DNA of 62,576 nt, filler included, from Candidatus Nanoarchaeia archaeon (GTDB taxonomy: Archaea; Nanobdellota; Nanobdellia; Woesearchaeales; DATDTY01): NCBI GenBank assembly GCA_035290625.1. It is 6 parts of 6 records of this genome, joined end to end, with 100 filler letters (N's around TTAATTAATTAA, not from the genome) between each part and the next. Parts side by side here need not be neighbours in the genome. Positions count along the whole stretch, not along the records: positions 1 to 25,900 come from DATDTY010000056.1; positions 26,001 to 36,001 come from DATDTY010000060.1; 4 more parts are not named here. One strand, 5' to 3'. Under the pieces are notes generated by a model. That model did not search any database, was not told the origin of the DNA, and was given only the letters and a program-made list of their open reading frames with translations. The position numbers and the translations under genes were made by a program. Of the stretch, positions 18,037-29,273 are shown in pieces; positions within the stretch are counted from its first letter, which is position 1; every line of letters starts with the position of its first letter.

Positions 18037-21000
18037 CTAGGCAGACCTCAGTCTTTCAGGTGTGATCGTTCCTTTGTTTGCTTCCCGTAATTGATCGACA
18101 GTTGTTGCTACAACGCCAGCTCCATAGCTTGTTATTTTGAATTCCTTATCTTTCCGAACATCTCCTATCAGCCTGAGATACGCTCCTTTCATTGATTCCT
18201 CAAACTCTTTTCGGTTTGAGGGATGCACACTTACAACAAATCTTCCTGTTGATTCAGAGAACAAGAGAGTATCCGGCCTCGTTCCCAAAGGAGTATCGAG
18301 AGCGCCCAGTTCCACAAAGACACCAAGGTCGCCTCCAAGCGATGAGTTTGCAAGGCTAGCAGCCAGGCCGCCTTTGGCAATGTACTGGCACGAATGAACC
18401 AGATCCTGCTTGATGGCGTTGCTCACTGCAGCATACCTTTCCTTTATCTCTGCAAAATCTGACTTGGGGACATTTCTTCCTGTCTCTCCGTGGAGCAGAT
18501 AGAACTCACTGGCTCCTAATTCGTTCCTTGTCTCCCCAACAATATACACAAGATCTCCAGGAAGCTTGAAATCAGAGGTTGTTAATGTTGAGTCATCAGG
18601 GATTACTCCTACAGCACTCATCAGCAGCTCACATTTTGCTTTCACATGCACGTTTTTCCCTGTCTCTGTGCTTGTGTAGGTCCTCTCCATGGATGTGCTG
18701 TCTTTTCCTGAGATTGTGGGAGCATTAAACGCTTCTTCGGCATCAGCAGCCCCCTTTAGCATCCTCATGACCTGGGCAGCAACATAAGGATCTTCCTCTG
18801 GCTTCGGGCATGTTGTATTTCCATTAAAAGTAATCTTGTAGGTATCCCTGTCAGGAAGATGGCCTCCTGCAGCAACGATTCTGCCGATGGCGTCAACAAC
18901 ACTGTTCCTTCCCATGTGATGTGCATCAATGTCTCCCTGCCAGGGGTTTGAGCCCCAGGTCTCGAGAACAACTTCGTTCTCTCCAAGCACCGGATGATAG
19001 GCAATAGTGTCGCTCTTTGCTCTGCCGATCCCGACTAATGGCTTGATCAGGCTTCCTCCCTGGACTTCATGGTCGTATCTCGTTACAATCCACTCATAAC
19101 TCTGCATGTTCGGCCTGCCAACCAGGTTCAGCAAGGTATCAGTAAGATTCTCTAAAGGCTCAATCTCAGGCTCTTGGTTCTTGCTTGGAGCCCAGTGCGC
19201 CTTTATCCTCATCTGCGGCAATCCCTGATCAAGGAAATCTATCGGAAGGAACACGATTGGGGTGTCCTGGTCCTTGACATGATAATAGCCAGTATCATCA
19301 AAGACAGCAATCTGGGTTGCCTCAACATTGTTATGCTTGCAGATCTCTGCTACATGTTCAAGATTCTCTGGCTTGATCACAATCACCACTCTTTCCTGAG
19401 CCTCTGAAATCAGCTTCTCCCATCCTGCCAAGCCTGCATACTTCTCAAGAACATGGGTCAGATCCATCACAACCCCTCCTTTGCCGTTGCTTTTTCTTGG
19501 AAAGATCTCCCCAGAATCTATTTCTGAGCGCATCTGATCATAGAAAGGAGAAGCGATCCGTTCAGGAAGGATCTCTGAAACTGCAGAAAGCCGCTCTTCA
19601 ATGCTGCTTTGAGAAGTGATGCCTTGTTCAATAAAGAAGGTTTGTATCTCATATCTTTTCTTCTCCATGTGATGGAGTAATTCAGCTAATTCTCCAACAG
19701 CAGAATTCCAGCCGCCTGCTCCGCAATCCTGAGTTGCTTCAATATATCCGATACTTCGTAAAGCATCCATGGCTTCAAAAACCCCTTTCTCAACAATTGG
19801 AGCTCCTATCTGCACGCTTTGGTTAATATCCTGCCTTTGCTCTGCATCAGCAGAAAGAGCTATTGAAGAAGCAGTTGCTCCATGGACTCCATCCTTTCCG
19901 ACTCTGCCCCCTAAAGATAATGCGATATAACCAAGCTCTATATTTTTAGTGTGTGTTGGCACTCCATCAATTTCTGACTCTGCAACAGCAACGCAGCCAA
20001 CAAGAACTCCAGGCTTAAGCCATCCATCATCAATAAAGACGCTGCCGCATTGGGTTGGAACCCCGAATTTGTTTCCATAATCCTCAACACCTGCAACGAC
20101 ACCCTCCAGAGTCCTTACAGGAGACTGGATATCCAGAGGAAGGTCTTTGTAAGAATCCGGATGTGGTGTCCTAAAGCCGTACTGGCTTGAGACAGGATGC
20201 ATGCCTTTTCCTGTGCACCCAGGATCCCGGAGAACCCCCCCTGTGCCTGTGTCTGCTCCTCCAAACCCATCCAGGCCTGAAGGATGGTTATGCGACTCAA
20301 CCTTATGGGAAAGATTCCATCTCCTGTTTAATTCAATAACCCCAGAATTGTCTTCAGTAACAGACTTAAGCCAGTTAATATATCGAGAAATCCTCTCAGT
20401 GGATGCCTTAATGATAGATTTGAAGATACTGTCGGTTATAGTGGGCAGCCCCGCCTCATCATTCAGATCATCAGAAGTGTACCCCCAGAGTGCATTGAGT
20501 TTCTTGTGGCAGCAATGCTCTGACCATTTCTGTGCAATGCCTTCAAGCTCTGCATCTGTTGGCATTGCCTCTAAGCCAAGCTTTCTTCTTTGGAGAAGAT
20601 AATCAGAATCTGCTCCAACAGATTGCGGATCTGCAAACAGCCTCTTAATAGTCAGCATCTCTTCAAGATTCAAGGCAAGAAGGCGGTTATTGCTTAGCTC
20701 TACCAGATTGTTATCCGGAATCATGATATCAACATACTTAAAAGGAGTAACCTTGGGGAGTTCAACATACGGAAAATGAAATCCAATCTCAGCTAGCGGG
20801 TCTTGATCGCGTCTCACTGCAACTTTAACCTCACGGGTGACAGGATTTGCGAGCATCTTCCTGATTCCAATGAACTGCTCATCATCCCATTTTCCTGACC
20901 AGAGGTATTGTTGAGCGAATGAAACCTCTCCAACCGGCCTTCCAAGAACCTGCTCCAGGGCTTTCCTTGCAGTCTGGCCTTCAGGGTCATTCACTCCTGG

Positions 21001-21249
21001 CTTTGGCGATACCTCAATCAGCGCATCAGGCAGAACAAAGCCTTCTTCAAGAGGGAAACCCTGGAGAACAGAGCGGTTTGCTGAGGCAATATCAACAAGA
21101 GGGTCTGCAAGAAGCGCCAGGACGCTCTTCGTTTCTTCAGGAAGGAAGGCATCATCAATGTTATAGACGCGTATCGGCCTGCTTAATACAAGGCCATCAG
21201 AAGCAGCAAGACTTCCCCGCGTCATGACTTCTATTCGAGTCCCCATCAC
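18037..21249 (-). CDS. purL: FGAM synthase PurL with fused N-terminal PurS-like domain
   Basis: KPGV.DP.G, WSEHC.HK, KVESHNHPS, GG.LRD, DCGAGG, SEAQER, YDHEVQG, ISGKDS, LFSES.GR. Confidence 0.95.
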   Translation of the reverse strand: MMGTRIEVMTRGSLAASDGLVLSRPIRVYNIDDAFLPEETKSVLALLADPLVDIASANRSVLQGFPLEEGFVLPDALIEVSPKPGVNDPEGQTARKALEQVLGRPVGEVSFAQQYLWSGKWDDEQFIGIRKMLANPVTREVKVAVRRDQDPLAEIGFHFPYVELPKVTPFKYVDIMIPDNNLVELSNNRLLALNLEEMLTIKRLFADPQSVGADSDYLLQRRKLGLEAMPTDAELEGIAQKWSEHCCHKKLNALWGYTSDDLNDEAGLPTITDSIFKSIIKASTERISRYINWLKSVTEDNSGVIELNRRWNLSHKVESHNHPSGLDGFGGADTGTGGVLRDPGCTGKGMHPVSSQYGFRTPHPDSYKDLPLDIQSPVRTLEGVVAGVEDYGNKFGVPTQCGSVFIDDGWLKPGVLVGCVAVAESEIDGVPTHTKNIELGYIALSLGGRVGKDGVHGATASSIALSADAEQRQDINQSVQIGAPIVEKGVFEAMDALRSIGYIEATQDCGAGGWNSAVGELAELLHHMEKKRYEIQTFFIEQGITSQSSIEERLSAVSEILPERIASPFYDQMRSEIDSGEIFPRKSNGKGGVVMDLTHVLEKYAGLAGWEKLISEAQERVVIVIKPENLEHVAEICKHNNVEATQIAVFDDTGYYHVKDQDTPIVFLPIDFLDQGLPQMRIKAHWAPSKNQEPEIEPLENLTDTLLNLVGRPNMQSYEWIVTRYDHEVQGGSLIKPLVGIGRAKSDTIAYHPVLGENEVVLETWGSNPWQGDIDAHHMGRNSVVDAIGRIVAAGGHLPDRDTYKITFNGNTTCPKPEEDPYVAAQVMRMLKGAADAEEAFNAPTISGKDSTSMERTYTSTETGKNVHVKAKCELLMSAVGVIPDDSTLTTSDFKLPGDLVYIVGETRNELGASEFYLLHGETGRNVPKSDFAEIKERYAAVSNAIKQDLVHSCQYIAKGGLAASLANSSLGGDLGVFVELGALDTPLGTRPDTLLFSESTGRFVVSVHPSNRKEFEESMKGAYLRLIGDVRKDKEFKITSYGAGVVATTVDQLREANKGTITPERLRSA

Positions 21250-21397
21250 TAAGAGAACCCACTCCAGACTTCTATAAATACCTTTCCATTGTCAGCATTC
21301 CAAAGTAGTCTCATTTTGGTAACAAAGAAAGCAGTTATTCCGATCAGAATAATTTTGACAGGAGTTTATTTAAAGGGAGCCTCGACCCATCTAAGAT

Positions 21398-21775
21398 ATG
21401 ATTGAAGGAATGATTAATGAGGAGTATCAGAGGCACGAAGGAAAGATAGAAGGCGTGATCCAGAGAGCAATGAAAGGCCATCTGTTTCTGTCAGGAAGAG
21501 CACTATGGGGCAGGATATACACTGCATTGGAGGATGAAGCAGAAAAATTTTTGCCAGGGAGTGATTATGGAAACGCGCTTCTTCAGGCAAGACAGGCGCT
21601 CATAGAAAGAAATCACCATGCATCCATCTTCAGAGCAGGCACAAAAAGCAAGTATGGTCCAAAACCGTACAGCGCGATCTTTGGATTTGCGGTAATCCCC
21701 AACAACGAAGCTGATGAAGCTACACCACTGCCTACTTACCTACATACTGATACGTCTATATTCAAATACAATTAA
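21398..21775 (+). CDS. Hypothetical protein
   Basis: 125-aa ORF with a TATA-like element upstream. Confidence 0.6.
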   Translation: MIEGMINEEYQRHEGKIEGVIQRAMKGHLFLSGRALWGRIYTALEDEAEKFLPGSDYGNALLQARQALIERNHHASIFRAGTKSKYGPKPYSAIFGFAVIPNNEADEATPLPTYLHTDTSIFKYN

Positions 21776-21833
21776 ACTTAAAAAGAAGAAAACAACACCA
21801 GCGCTAAGGTCAAGTATCCGGGGGGAATCAACA

Positions 21834-22991
21834 ATGCAAAAAATCACCTATATAACTTCTGAAAGCGTGACTGAAGGCCATCCGGACAAGATTTGCGACC
21901 AGATAAGCGATGCAATACTGGACACACTGATTGTCCAGGATCCAAGGTCACGGGTTGCTGTCGAATGCCTCACAACAACAGGCTTGATTATCGTTGCAGG
22001 AGAGGTAACTACAAAAGGGTATGCAGATATCCAGGGAATCGCAAGAAGGGTTCTGAGGGAGATAGGCTATACCAACCCTGAATTCGGGATTGACTGCGAG
22101 GATGCAGGAGTATTGGTAAGCGTCCATGGCCAGAGCGCAGATATAGCACAAGGCGTTGAGGAAAAAGGTGAGAAAGAGCAGGGCGCTGGCGACCAGGGAA
22201 TGATGTATGGGTTTGCATGCAACGAGACTCCTGAATTCATGCCCTTTCCTATTATCATGGCTCATAAGCTCACGAGAAGGCTTGCAGAAGTCAGGAAGCA
22301 GGGCATCATCCAGGGGCTTGGGCCTGACGGAAAATCCCAGGTTTCTGTAGAATACCATGATGGAACGCCTAAAAGGATCTCAGCAATCGTCATTGCCCAG
22401 CAGCATACTGAAGATGTGAGTGAAGAGCAGCTGAAGAGCGACATCCTTGAGAAAGTGGTCAAGTATGTCTGCGGCAGTTTCATGGATGCAAACACTAAGG
22501 TCCATATCAATGCAACAGGAAAATTCGTGATTGGAGGCCCGGAGGGAGACACTGGCCTCACAGGAAGAAAGATCATCGTAGACACCTACGGAGGGATTGG
22601 AAGGCATGGCGGAGGCTGCTTTTCAGGAAAGGATCCTTCAAAAGTGGACAGGTCAGGAGCCTATGCAGCAAGATATGTTGCAAAGAACATTGTGGCAGCT
22701 GGCTTGGCTGAGAAATGCGAGGTCCAGCTTTCCTATGCAATCGGTGTCGCTGAACCCACCTCAATCAATGTTGACTGCTTCGGCACAAACAAGATCCCTG
22801 AAGAGAAGATCAATGAGCTTGTCAGGAAGCATTTTAACTTAAAGCCAAAAGGGATTATCCAGATGCTGGATCTTCTCAGGCCGATCTACAGGAAGGCGGC
22901 TGCCTACGGCCACTTCGGCAGAAATGACCTGGACTTCACTTGGGAGAGGACGGACAAGGCTGAAGCGCTGAGGAGAGAGGCTGGGTTGTAG
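21834..22991 (+). CDS. metK: S-adenosylmethionine synthetase (bacterial/eukaryotic type)
   Basis: [50 protein letters not shown]. Confidence 0.97.
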   Translation: MQKITYITSESVTEGHPDKICDQISDAILDTLIVQDPRSRVAVECLTTTGLIIVAGEVTTKGYADIQGIARRVLREIGYTNPEFGIDCEDAGVLVSVHGQSADIAQGVEEKGEKEQGAGDQGMMYGFACNETPEFMPFPIIMAHKLTRRLAEVRKQGIIQGLGPDGKSQVSVEYHDGTPKRISAIVIAQQHTEDVSEEQLKSDILEKVVKYVCGSFMDANTKVHINATGKFVIGGPEGDTGLTGRKIIVDTYGGIGRHGGGCFSGKDPSKVDRSGAYAARYVAKNIVAAGLAEKCEVQLSYAIGVAEPTSINVDCFGTNKIPEEKINELVRKHFNLKPKGIIQMLDLLRPIYRKAAAYGHFGRNDLDFTWERTDKAEALRREAGL

Positions 22992-23033
22992 TTAAGGCTG
23001 ATTCTTCAATTTGACCGCTGATACTCGTTGATA

Positions 23034-23444
23034 CTACTTCCGTTTGATACCATACCACTCAGGATGCAACTCAGAATCAAGATGAGAAATGAGAGGCTCA
23101 CCCCAAACGTCATGCATGGTTGCCATCCCATGGTTTGAATGATAGTACAACCCATAAAGGCCTTCGCGCACAAACGAGTCGGCTGCAGCAGCAAGCCCAA
23201 GCCAGGTAGCAGCATCATAAGGGGTGGGGTCGATATCCGCCCCAAATATCTTGCTTGCAGTGGAAGCTGCAGCGTAGAATCCCAACACGAGATTTGTAAT
23301 TCTTGAGGTAGTACTCATAAGCGATGCGGCTTCAGTGTTCCCCTGAGAAAGGCGCATCTGCAGTCGTGGAGGAAGAAGCCCTGTGACAGGCCCAGAAAGG
23401 ATGGCTGCAATTTTGCCAACCAGGGAGAGGTCTCGCGTGATCAT
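23034..23444 (-). CDS. Hypothetical membrane protein
   Basis: 136-aa ORF with hydrophobic segments. Confidence 0.6.
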   Translation of the reverse strand: MITRDLSLVGKIAAILSGPVTGLLPPRLQMRLSQGNTEAASLMSTTSRITNLVLGFYAAASTASKIFGADIDPTPYDAATWLGLAAAADSFVREGLYGLYYHSNHGMATMHDVWGEPLISHLDSELHPEWYGIKRK

Positions 23445-23529
23445 AAGCTCGAGAGGCCTTTACAGATATAAAAATATTTGGGTGTTTCGGCTCTGGTTAG
23501 ATCCCGTGCAGCACCAATAGGTGCGGGCA

Positions 23530-24066
23530 TCACTCCCCCTCAAACTCAACAAGGTTAAAGACAGGATATCCTGCGTCCTGAAGCCTCTTCTTTCCGCCTA
23601 AATCAGGAAGGTCAACAATAAAGCTGCACTCAACAACGTCTCCTCCTAATTTTTTGACAAGATTTGCAGCAGCCAGCATTGTGCCGCCAGTGGCAACTAA
23701 ATCATCTACAAGCAAAACATGCATTCCTTTCTCAATCGCGTCCTTGTGAATCTCAACCTTATCTTTCCCATACTCCAACGCATATTCCTCTGAAAGAGTG
23801 GCTGCAGGCAGCTTTCCCGGCTTCCGTATCGGAACAAAGCCAACACCCAACCTGTGGGCAAGCGCAGCTCCGGTAATGAATCCTCTTGCTTCAATCCCTA
23901 CAACAACATCTATTTGCATATCTTTATACCGAGAAACAAACAATTCAACCATGTGATTGAAACCCTCTGTGTCTTTAAGCAAGGTTGTAATATCCCGAAA
24001 CATAATCCCCTGCTTCGGCCAGTGCGGAACGGTTCTTATTTTTGGTTTTAGTGTGTGCGGCATCAT
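23530..24066 (-). CDS. apt: Adenine phosphoribosyltransferase
   Basis: [35 protein letters not shown]. Confidence 0.96.
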   Translation of the reverse strand: MMPHTLKPKIRTVPHWPKQGIMFRDITTLLKDTEGFNHMVELFVSRYKDMQIDVVVGIEARGFITGAALAHRLGVGFVPIRKPGKLPAATLSEEYALEYGKDKVEIHKDAIEKGMHVLLVDDLVATGGTMLAAANLVKKLGGDVVECSFIVDLPDLGGKKRLQDAGYPVFNLVEFEGE

Positions 24067-24701
24067 TTCACCTTCATCCGATAAACTGCTTTCCTCAGCT
24101 CATCCAAATCCTTTCCTTGGATTATTCTTCCATGGCCAGGAATGATTACATCAGCTATTTCTGCAATCTTCCTGGCGCTGTCAATGTACTCCTGATTTGG
24201 AGGCACTCCAAAGGTTCCTGTCTTAATGCGCTCCTCCCGGATCGCGTCTCCTGCAATCACATAGGTCTTTCCTCCGGACTTCACGACATAGGATGTATGA
24301 TTCTCAGCATGGCCAGGGGTAGGGAGGATTGCAACTCCAGGAATCTTGACGGAATCACTGCTTTTGAACATGGTAAGGGTTTGATTTGGGTAATCTACAA
24401 TTCTGCCGCGCACGATGCTTGCATTCCTGAAGAGGTAAGTGTTGAACACATGATCCATATGGGTATGGGTGATGAGGACAAACTCAATATCCTCTGGTTT
24501 CAGCCCTTCTTTTTTAAGGCTCGCCAAAATCTCATCAGCGTAGCCCGGGCTTCCGGTATCTGCAATGATGTTTTTCTCTCCTGGCTTTTCGGCTTTGAGC
24601 AGGACAACAGCGCTGCAGATTTTGCTGATATGGTTTTCTATCTCTTGGCTCACTGATCCTTGGTCGTCGTGGACGCCCTTCTTTAGGATGACGAGTTTCA
24701 T
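24063..24701 (-). CDS. MBL-fold metallo-hydrolase
   Basis: DTG, THTHMDH, TPGH, AGD, IIPGHG. Confidence 0.9.
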   Translation of the reverse strand: MKLVILKKGVHDDQGSVSQEIENHISKICSAVVLLKAEKPGEKNIIADTGSPGYADEILASLKKEGLKPEDIEFVLITHTHMDHVFNTYLFRNASIVRGRIVDYPNQTLTMFKSSDSVKIPGVAILPTPGHAENHTSYVVKSGGKTYVIAGDAIREERIKTGTFGVPPNQEYIDSARKIAEIADVIIPGHGRIIQGKDLDELRKAVYRMKVK

Positions 24702-24717
24702 TGGCGTGCTTCAACTT

Positions 24718-25467
24718 TCATTTTATTCTAGGTATAACCTCAACCAATAATCGAGTCACCTTATCAGCATTCTCTTTAAACACCTTCAGCACTTCTTCCC
24801 AGGTGACGGGCTTCTCATCCTGTTTCCAGCAGTCATAGTCTGTTGACATCGCAACAGCAGCATACGGCAATCCAATCTCATTCGATAAAATGCATTCAGG
24901 GGCGATAGACATGTTAATCACATCAGCTCCCCACTGCCTGAACATGAAGCTTTCTGCCCGTGTTGAAAACCTTGGGCCTTCGATCGTAACCACCGTGCCT
25001 TTCTCATGGTGCTTCAAACGCAGTTCTTTGCACGCCTGAATCAGGATGTTCCTTAGCTTCGCATCAAAAGGATCAGCCATTGGCGTATGCATTGGCTTAT
25101 TGGGCTCAAAGCGCTCATGAAATGTCAAAGGCCGGAGCCTGGTAAAATCAATAAACTGATCGAGGATCACAAAATCCCCTCTGCCGATCCCTTCCCTCAG
25201 GCTTCCGACAGCGGTTGTAGCGATGATGTGGCTGCATCCTGCGTCTTTCAATGCATGGATATTTGCCCGGAAATTGACCTGTGTTGGGGGAGTCGTGTGC
25301 TGTCTGCCGTGCCTTGCTATCAGCACGACATCTACTCCCTTTATTTTCCCGAATGTCAGAGGGGAGGAGGGCTTTCCGAAGGGCGTGGATACCTCTTTCT
25401 CATAGGGCTGTTCCAGAATCTTCGGATCATCCAGTCCTGAGCCGCCGATGATGGCTATTCTGCCCAT
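24718..25467 (-). CDS. mtnP: 5'-methylthioadenosine phosphorylase
   Basis: [37 protein letters not shown]. Confidence 0.95.
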   Translation of the reverse strand: MGRIAIIGGSGLDDPKILEQPYEKEVSTPFGKPSSPLTFGKIKGVDVVLIARHGRQHTTPPTQVNFRANIHALKDAGCSHIIATTAVGSLREGIGRGDFVILDQFIDFTRLRPLTFHERFEPNKPMHTPMADPFDAKLRNILIQACKELRLKHHEKGTVVTIEGPRFSTRAESFMFRQWGADVINMSIAPECILSNEIGLPYAAVAMSTDYDCWKQDEKPVTWEEVLKVFKENADKVTRLLVEVIPRIK

Positions 25468-25533
25468 CCAGAGGAGGAGTGCCGCCTGCCTTTATAAGGG
25501 TTTATGAGAGCAAACCGGCTAATGCAGGTTCGT

Positions 25534-25900
25534 TCATGATTTCACGCCTTTAAACTCAGGCAATAGCTTCTTTATCTCAAGCATAAACTCTCTTGCCCGC
25601 TTTAAGGAAGTCCTTGCTTTCTGCTCCTGAATGCTTTCAGTCATGTCATACTGGAACCTTGAGCGCTTATCAAGCTCCATTGCATAAAAAGCCACAAGCT
25701 CTTCTGACCTGATGGAAGCAATTTCCAAGGCATCTTCTTTTGCGTCCTGATACTCTTCCAAGAGCCCTTTCCTGATTTTGTCCATAATCAGAACAATCAA
25801 AGCATCGCTTGTAACTTTATGGACTATTTTGTCTCCTGTTTTATATCCGAGATTCAGCAGAACAGCGTTTGCAATATAAAACATCGAATAATACGAGTTC
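25534..25900 (-). CDS. HEPN-domain protein (5' end lost in gap)
   Basis: SYYSMFY.ANA.L...G, H, and R..FQY HEPN-like signature. Confidence 0.75.
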
Positions 25901-26000
25901 NNNNNNNNNNNNNNNNNNNNNNNNNNNNNNNNNNNNNNNNNNNNTTAATTAATTAANNNNNNNNNNNNNNNNNNNNNNNNNNNNNNNNNNNNNNNNNNNN
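25901..26000. other. Artificial contig spacer (also 36002-36101, 40349-40448, 44912-45011, 51150-51249)
   Basis: N-runs around the six-frame stop linker TTAATTAATTAA. Confidence 0.98.
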
Positions 26001-26088
26001 GACTTCGACTGCCTGATGATATGCTTCCTCTGTGAGGTCCATGGACGAAGATTTGCCAGTACTGCTATTTAAATTCTTGCTTTGAGAA

Positions 26089-26342
26089 GCTCGGTAGAAG
26101 ATGGCGATGGCGGCCATTTGTGAGCCCCTGAAGCCAAGGACACAATAACGACAAGGGGGTTGCCACAATCAAAACGCCGTCGGGCGTTTTGGTGTGCCAA
26201 AAGAGCGTAGCTCTTTTTAGCACCTTCGGGGAATGTCGCTTAACACTCAAAACAACACTGGGCGAAGTTTGCGGCAGCCGGTGGCTTGTTAGCGAGTGAG
26301 AACGAGCTCACTCGCAAGCCACAGCGAGATTTCACCGGAGCC
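26089..26342 (+). repeat. Structured dispersed element, copy E (with nested hairpin insertions)
   Basis: tttgtgagcc, cgacaagggggttg, gaatgtcg, ggcgaa and gatttcaccggagc shared with copies A/D/F. Confidence 0.8.
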
Positions 26343-26343
26343 C

Positions 26344-27300
26344 CTACGGTATGATCCTGAACCTTGTGCTGATGAGGAGCCAGTCGAAGACCCAGAGAAG
26401 GATGGCAATGAGCAGTAGAGCAGGAGCAAGCGGCAGGGTGATTGTCTTTCGCGTAAAGTCCGCAATCTGCGAGAATGCCGTATTCAATTCCGGAATGTCC
26501 TGGCCCCGGAAATACAAGCCTCCGGTCTGCTCTGCGATCTCTTTGAGAGTCTCCTCATCAAGCTTTGTCGTCACGTTGAGATCCCGGAAGAATCCGCCTT
26601 CGAGCGTGCCTACCCCAATTGTATGAACGACTACATCCTTCTGGCTTGCGTATGAAATTGCATCATTTGGCCCGACGCCGATATTGCTCTGCCCATCAGT
26701 CAGCAGAATGACTGCCTTTGCGTTTTTTGCCTGGCTCAGCAGATTCACTGATGTGATGATTGCGCCTCCAAGGTCAGTTCCTCCAATGTTCCTTATTGCA
26801 ATGCGCTGTATAGCATTTCCCACCTCTGCTTCCGAATCTGTCATGTCCAATTCAATGAAGCTGGTTCCGGAGAAGGTCACCAGGCCAATGGACGCAGGTG
26901 AAACAAGCTTTTGAAAGGCGCCCGCAGCCTCTTTGGCAGCCTCAAGGCGATTCGGCTGCAAGTCTTCGCTCAGCATTGATGATGAGATGTCAATCGCGAG
27001 GACAAAATCAAAATTTGGGGCCTCTCCACTGTAGGAATAGATCAGGCCGGAAACTGCCAGCACAAGGCAGGTTAAAGATGTGACCCTTACCGCCAAGGGC
27101 ACAAGGTTTTTGTACTGAAAGATGCTCAGGAGGGGCTGTTCCTTCTCCATGCGCCGCCTGATCTTTGCCAGGGCCTCAAAGTTGGCGAATTCTATCGCCT
27201 TCTGGCTGCTGGAGCGCAGGCTGACAAAATGGACAATAATGAGGAATGGTATGCTTAGGAAAAACCAGAGGTATTGCGGGTTGGTAAATTCAAATGCCAT
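26344..27300 (-). CDS. BatA-like VWA domain membrane protein
   Basis: N-terminal F.NP..L TM segment, MIDAS DISSSM, PNRL, GT..G, LLTDG. Confidence 0.92.
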   Translation of the reverse strand: MAFEFTNPQYLWFFLSIPFLIIVHFVSLRSSSQKAIEFANFEALAKIRRRMEKEQPLLSIFQYKNLVPLAVRVTSLTCLVLAVSGLIYSYSGEAPNFDFVLAIDISSSMLSEDLQPNRLEAAKEAAGAFQKLVSPASIGLVTFSGTSFIELDMTDSEAEVGNAIQRIAIRNIGGTDLGGAIITSVNLLSQAKNAKAVILLTDGQSNIGVGPNDAISYASQKDVVVHTIGVGTLEGGFFRDLNVTTKLDEETLKEIAEQTGGLYFRGQDIPELNTAFSQIADFTRKTITLPLAPALLLIAILLWVFDWLLISTRFRIIP

Positions 27301-27312
27301 CTTTCACTTCTC

Positions 27313-28200
27313 TCACCTGAATTTCCTCTGCCTGCGCCTGAAGAAGTCTATCAGCGGTGTTACGAAGGCTTTGTCTGTTGAGAGCGCTATGAAGTCAGCG
27401 CCTTTCTGAAAAAACATGTTCTGGATTTCGTGCTCCTGTTCCTTCACATAGGACTCGTATGCATCCTTCATATCCTCAGGAACAAAGAGCAGCTGCTTCC
27501 CTGTGAAGGGGTCCTTTACCATGACCTGGACATTGTCCTGGGGAAGCGTTCTGTCGCGTGGGTCCCGAATCATCACACCTATAAGGTCAAGCTTCTGGCT
27601 AGCAACGCTCAGGTATTTCGTATAGTCTTCTTTTATGCCGATAAAATCCGAGACAACAAACGTCATGGTTCCTTTTGGAAGCCTCTTCACGCAAAATTCC
27701 AGCGCATTGCTCAGATTGCAGCCGCCGCCATAATTTCCCGGGTTTTCGAGGTCCTGCGTCAACTGGAAGAACCGGATCTTTGTGCTGGCAGGAGGAACTT
27801 TCTTGTGCACATGCTCATTGAAAAAGGCATAGCCTACAGCATCGCGGTTCCCGAGCATCACATACGCAAACGATGCAACAAACTCCGCTGCGTATTCGCT
27901 TTTCAGCTTTTCAGTCGATCCATACATCATTGAGGCGCTTGTGTCGACAAGGAAGAAAATATTGAGGTTTCGCTCCTCCATAAACTCCTTGATCAGGAGC
28001 TGGTCTGATCTTCTGGAAGCTTTCCAGTCGATTAGCGTGGCATCATCATTCTGTGTGTAGGGGCGGTAACCCACAAACTCAAGGCCAGATCCCCTGAATG
28101 CGGACTGGTAGCCTCCGCTGAGGCCCCCTCCGATGAGATCCTTGGTAGCAAGCTCTATCTGCTTGACAATCTTTGATATGTCTATATGGAGCCTTGCCAT
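27313..28200 (-). CDS. DUF58 family protein
   Basis: G.GLEF...R.Y...DD...IDWKAS, EER, D.S.SM, SDF. Confidence 0.93.
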   Translation of the reverse strand: MARLHIDISKIVKQIELATKDLIGGGLSGGYQSAFRGSGLEFVGYRPYTQNDDATLIDWKASRRSDQLLIKEFMEERNLNIFFLVDTSASMMYGSTEKLKSEYAAEFVASFAYVMLGNRDAVGYAFFNEHVHKKVPPASTKIRFFQLTQDLENPGNYGGGCNLSNALEFCVKRLPKGTMTFVVSDFIGIKEDYTKYLSVASQKLDLIGVMIRDPRDRTLPQDNVQVMVKDPFTGKQLLFVPEDMKDAYESYVKEQEHEIQNMFFQKGADFIALSTDKAFVTPLIDFFRRRQRKFR

Positions 28201-29180
28201 TAGGGTATTGGCACCCTGACCAGAATCTCTTTCACTACATCATCAGTCCTGATTCCTTCAGCTATCCCCTCATAGTTCAGAAGGATCCTGTGCCTGAGAA
28301 TGTCCAGGGCAACATTCTTTACAAACTGCGGGTCTACATAGTCGCTTCCGTGGAGCAATGCCTCAGCCTTTGCAGCAATGCTGAGGTTGATTGATGCGCG
28401 GGGAGACGCCCCCCACTCAATATACTTCCCCAAGGCCACATTGTACTTTTGGGGGTGGCGGCTGGCATCAACGATGCTGACTATGTACTTCTTAATATCC
28501 TCTCCCAGATATATATCCTTCACTACCTGCTGCATCTTCACAATGTCATTTGGCCCTACAATATTCTTCAGCTGGTACTCTTCGAACTTGTGGATATTGA
28601 TATTCGTGTCGATCACTGTCTTCTCCTCATCCAGTGAGGGGTAATCGATCAGGATTTTGAACAGGAACCTGTCCATCTGCGCTTCAGGAAGCTGGTAGGT
28701 TCCTGTGGACTCGATGGGGTTTTGCGTTGCCATGACAAAGAAGGGATCCTGAAGCCGAAAGGTTTCTTTTCCGATTGTGACCTGCTTTTCCTGCATAGCT
28801 TCCAGCAAGGCAGACTGCGTCTTTGCAGGAGCGCGGTTGATCTCATCTGCCAAAACGAATTCAGCGAAGATCGGGCCTTTTACGATGCTGAATCCCTTGC
28901 GCTCTTCATAGATCGTGATTCCAGTGATGTCTGTAGGGAGCAGGTCAACAGTAAACTGGATTCGCGAGAACTTGCAGCCTGTCACTGCCGCCAATGCCCG
29001 GATCACAAGCGTTTTTGCAGTTCCCGGAACCCCCTCCACCAGCACATGCCCGTTTGCGAGAAGCGCCCTCAGCAGGCCTGTTATGATTCTTTCCTGGCCA
29101 ACAATGATCCTTGACAGCTCCTTGCGTATACTTTCAAGCTGTGCTGCGTACTGCCTGATGTCTTGCCCCTGATTGCCCAT
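28200..29180 (-). CDS. MoxR family AAA+ ATPase
   Basis: GHVLVEGVPGTAKT, RIQFT.DLLP.D, DEINRAP.KTQSALLEAM, ATQNP.E, LPEAQ.DRF. Confidence 0.96.
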   Translation of the reverse strand: MGNQGQDIRQYAAQLESIRKELSRIIVGQERIITGLLRALLANGHVLVEGVPGTAKTLVIRALAAVTGCKFSRIQFTVDLLPTDITGITIYEERKGFSIVKGPIFAEFVLADEINRAPAKTQSALLEAMQEKQVTIGKETFRLQDPFFVMATQNPIESTGTYQLPEAQMDRFLFKILIDYPSLDEEKTVIDTNINIHKFEEYQLKNIVGPNDIVKMQQVVKDIYLGEDIKKYIVSIVDASRHPQKYNVALGKYIEWGASPRASINLSIAAKAEALLHGSDYVDPQFVKNVALDILRHRILLNYEGIAEGIRTDDVVKEILVRVPIP

Positions 29181-29273
29181 GCCACCAGCCAACCTTTTTT
29201 GCCTTTATTAAGCTTTAGTGTTACTCTGCAATGCTCCTAATCTTTTTTAAAGCGTCGAGTTCCTAGCAGGTGT

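Noticed and set aside
25901..26000. TTAATTAATTAA palindrome repeated five times within N-runs
   Set aside because: Artificial six-frame stop linker joining contigs
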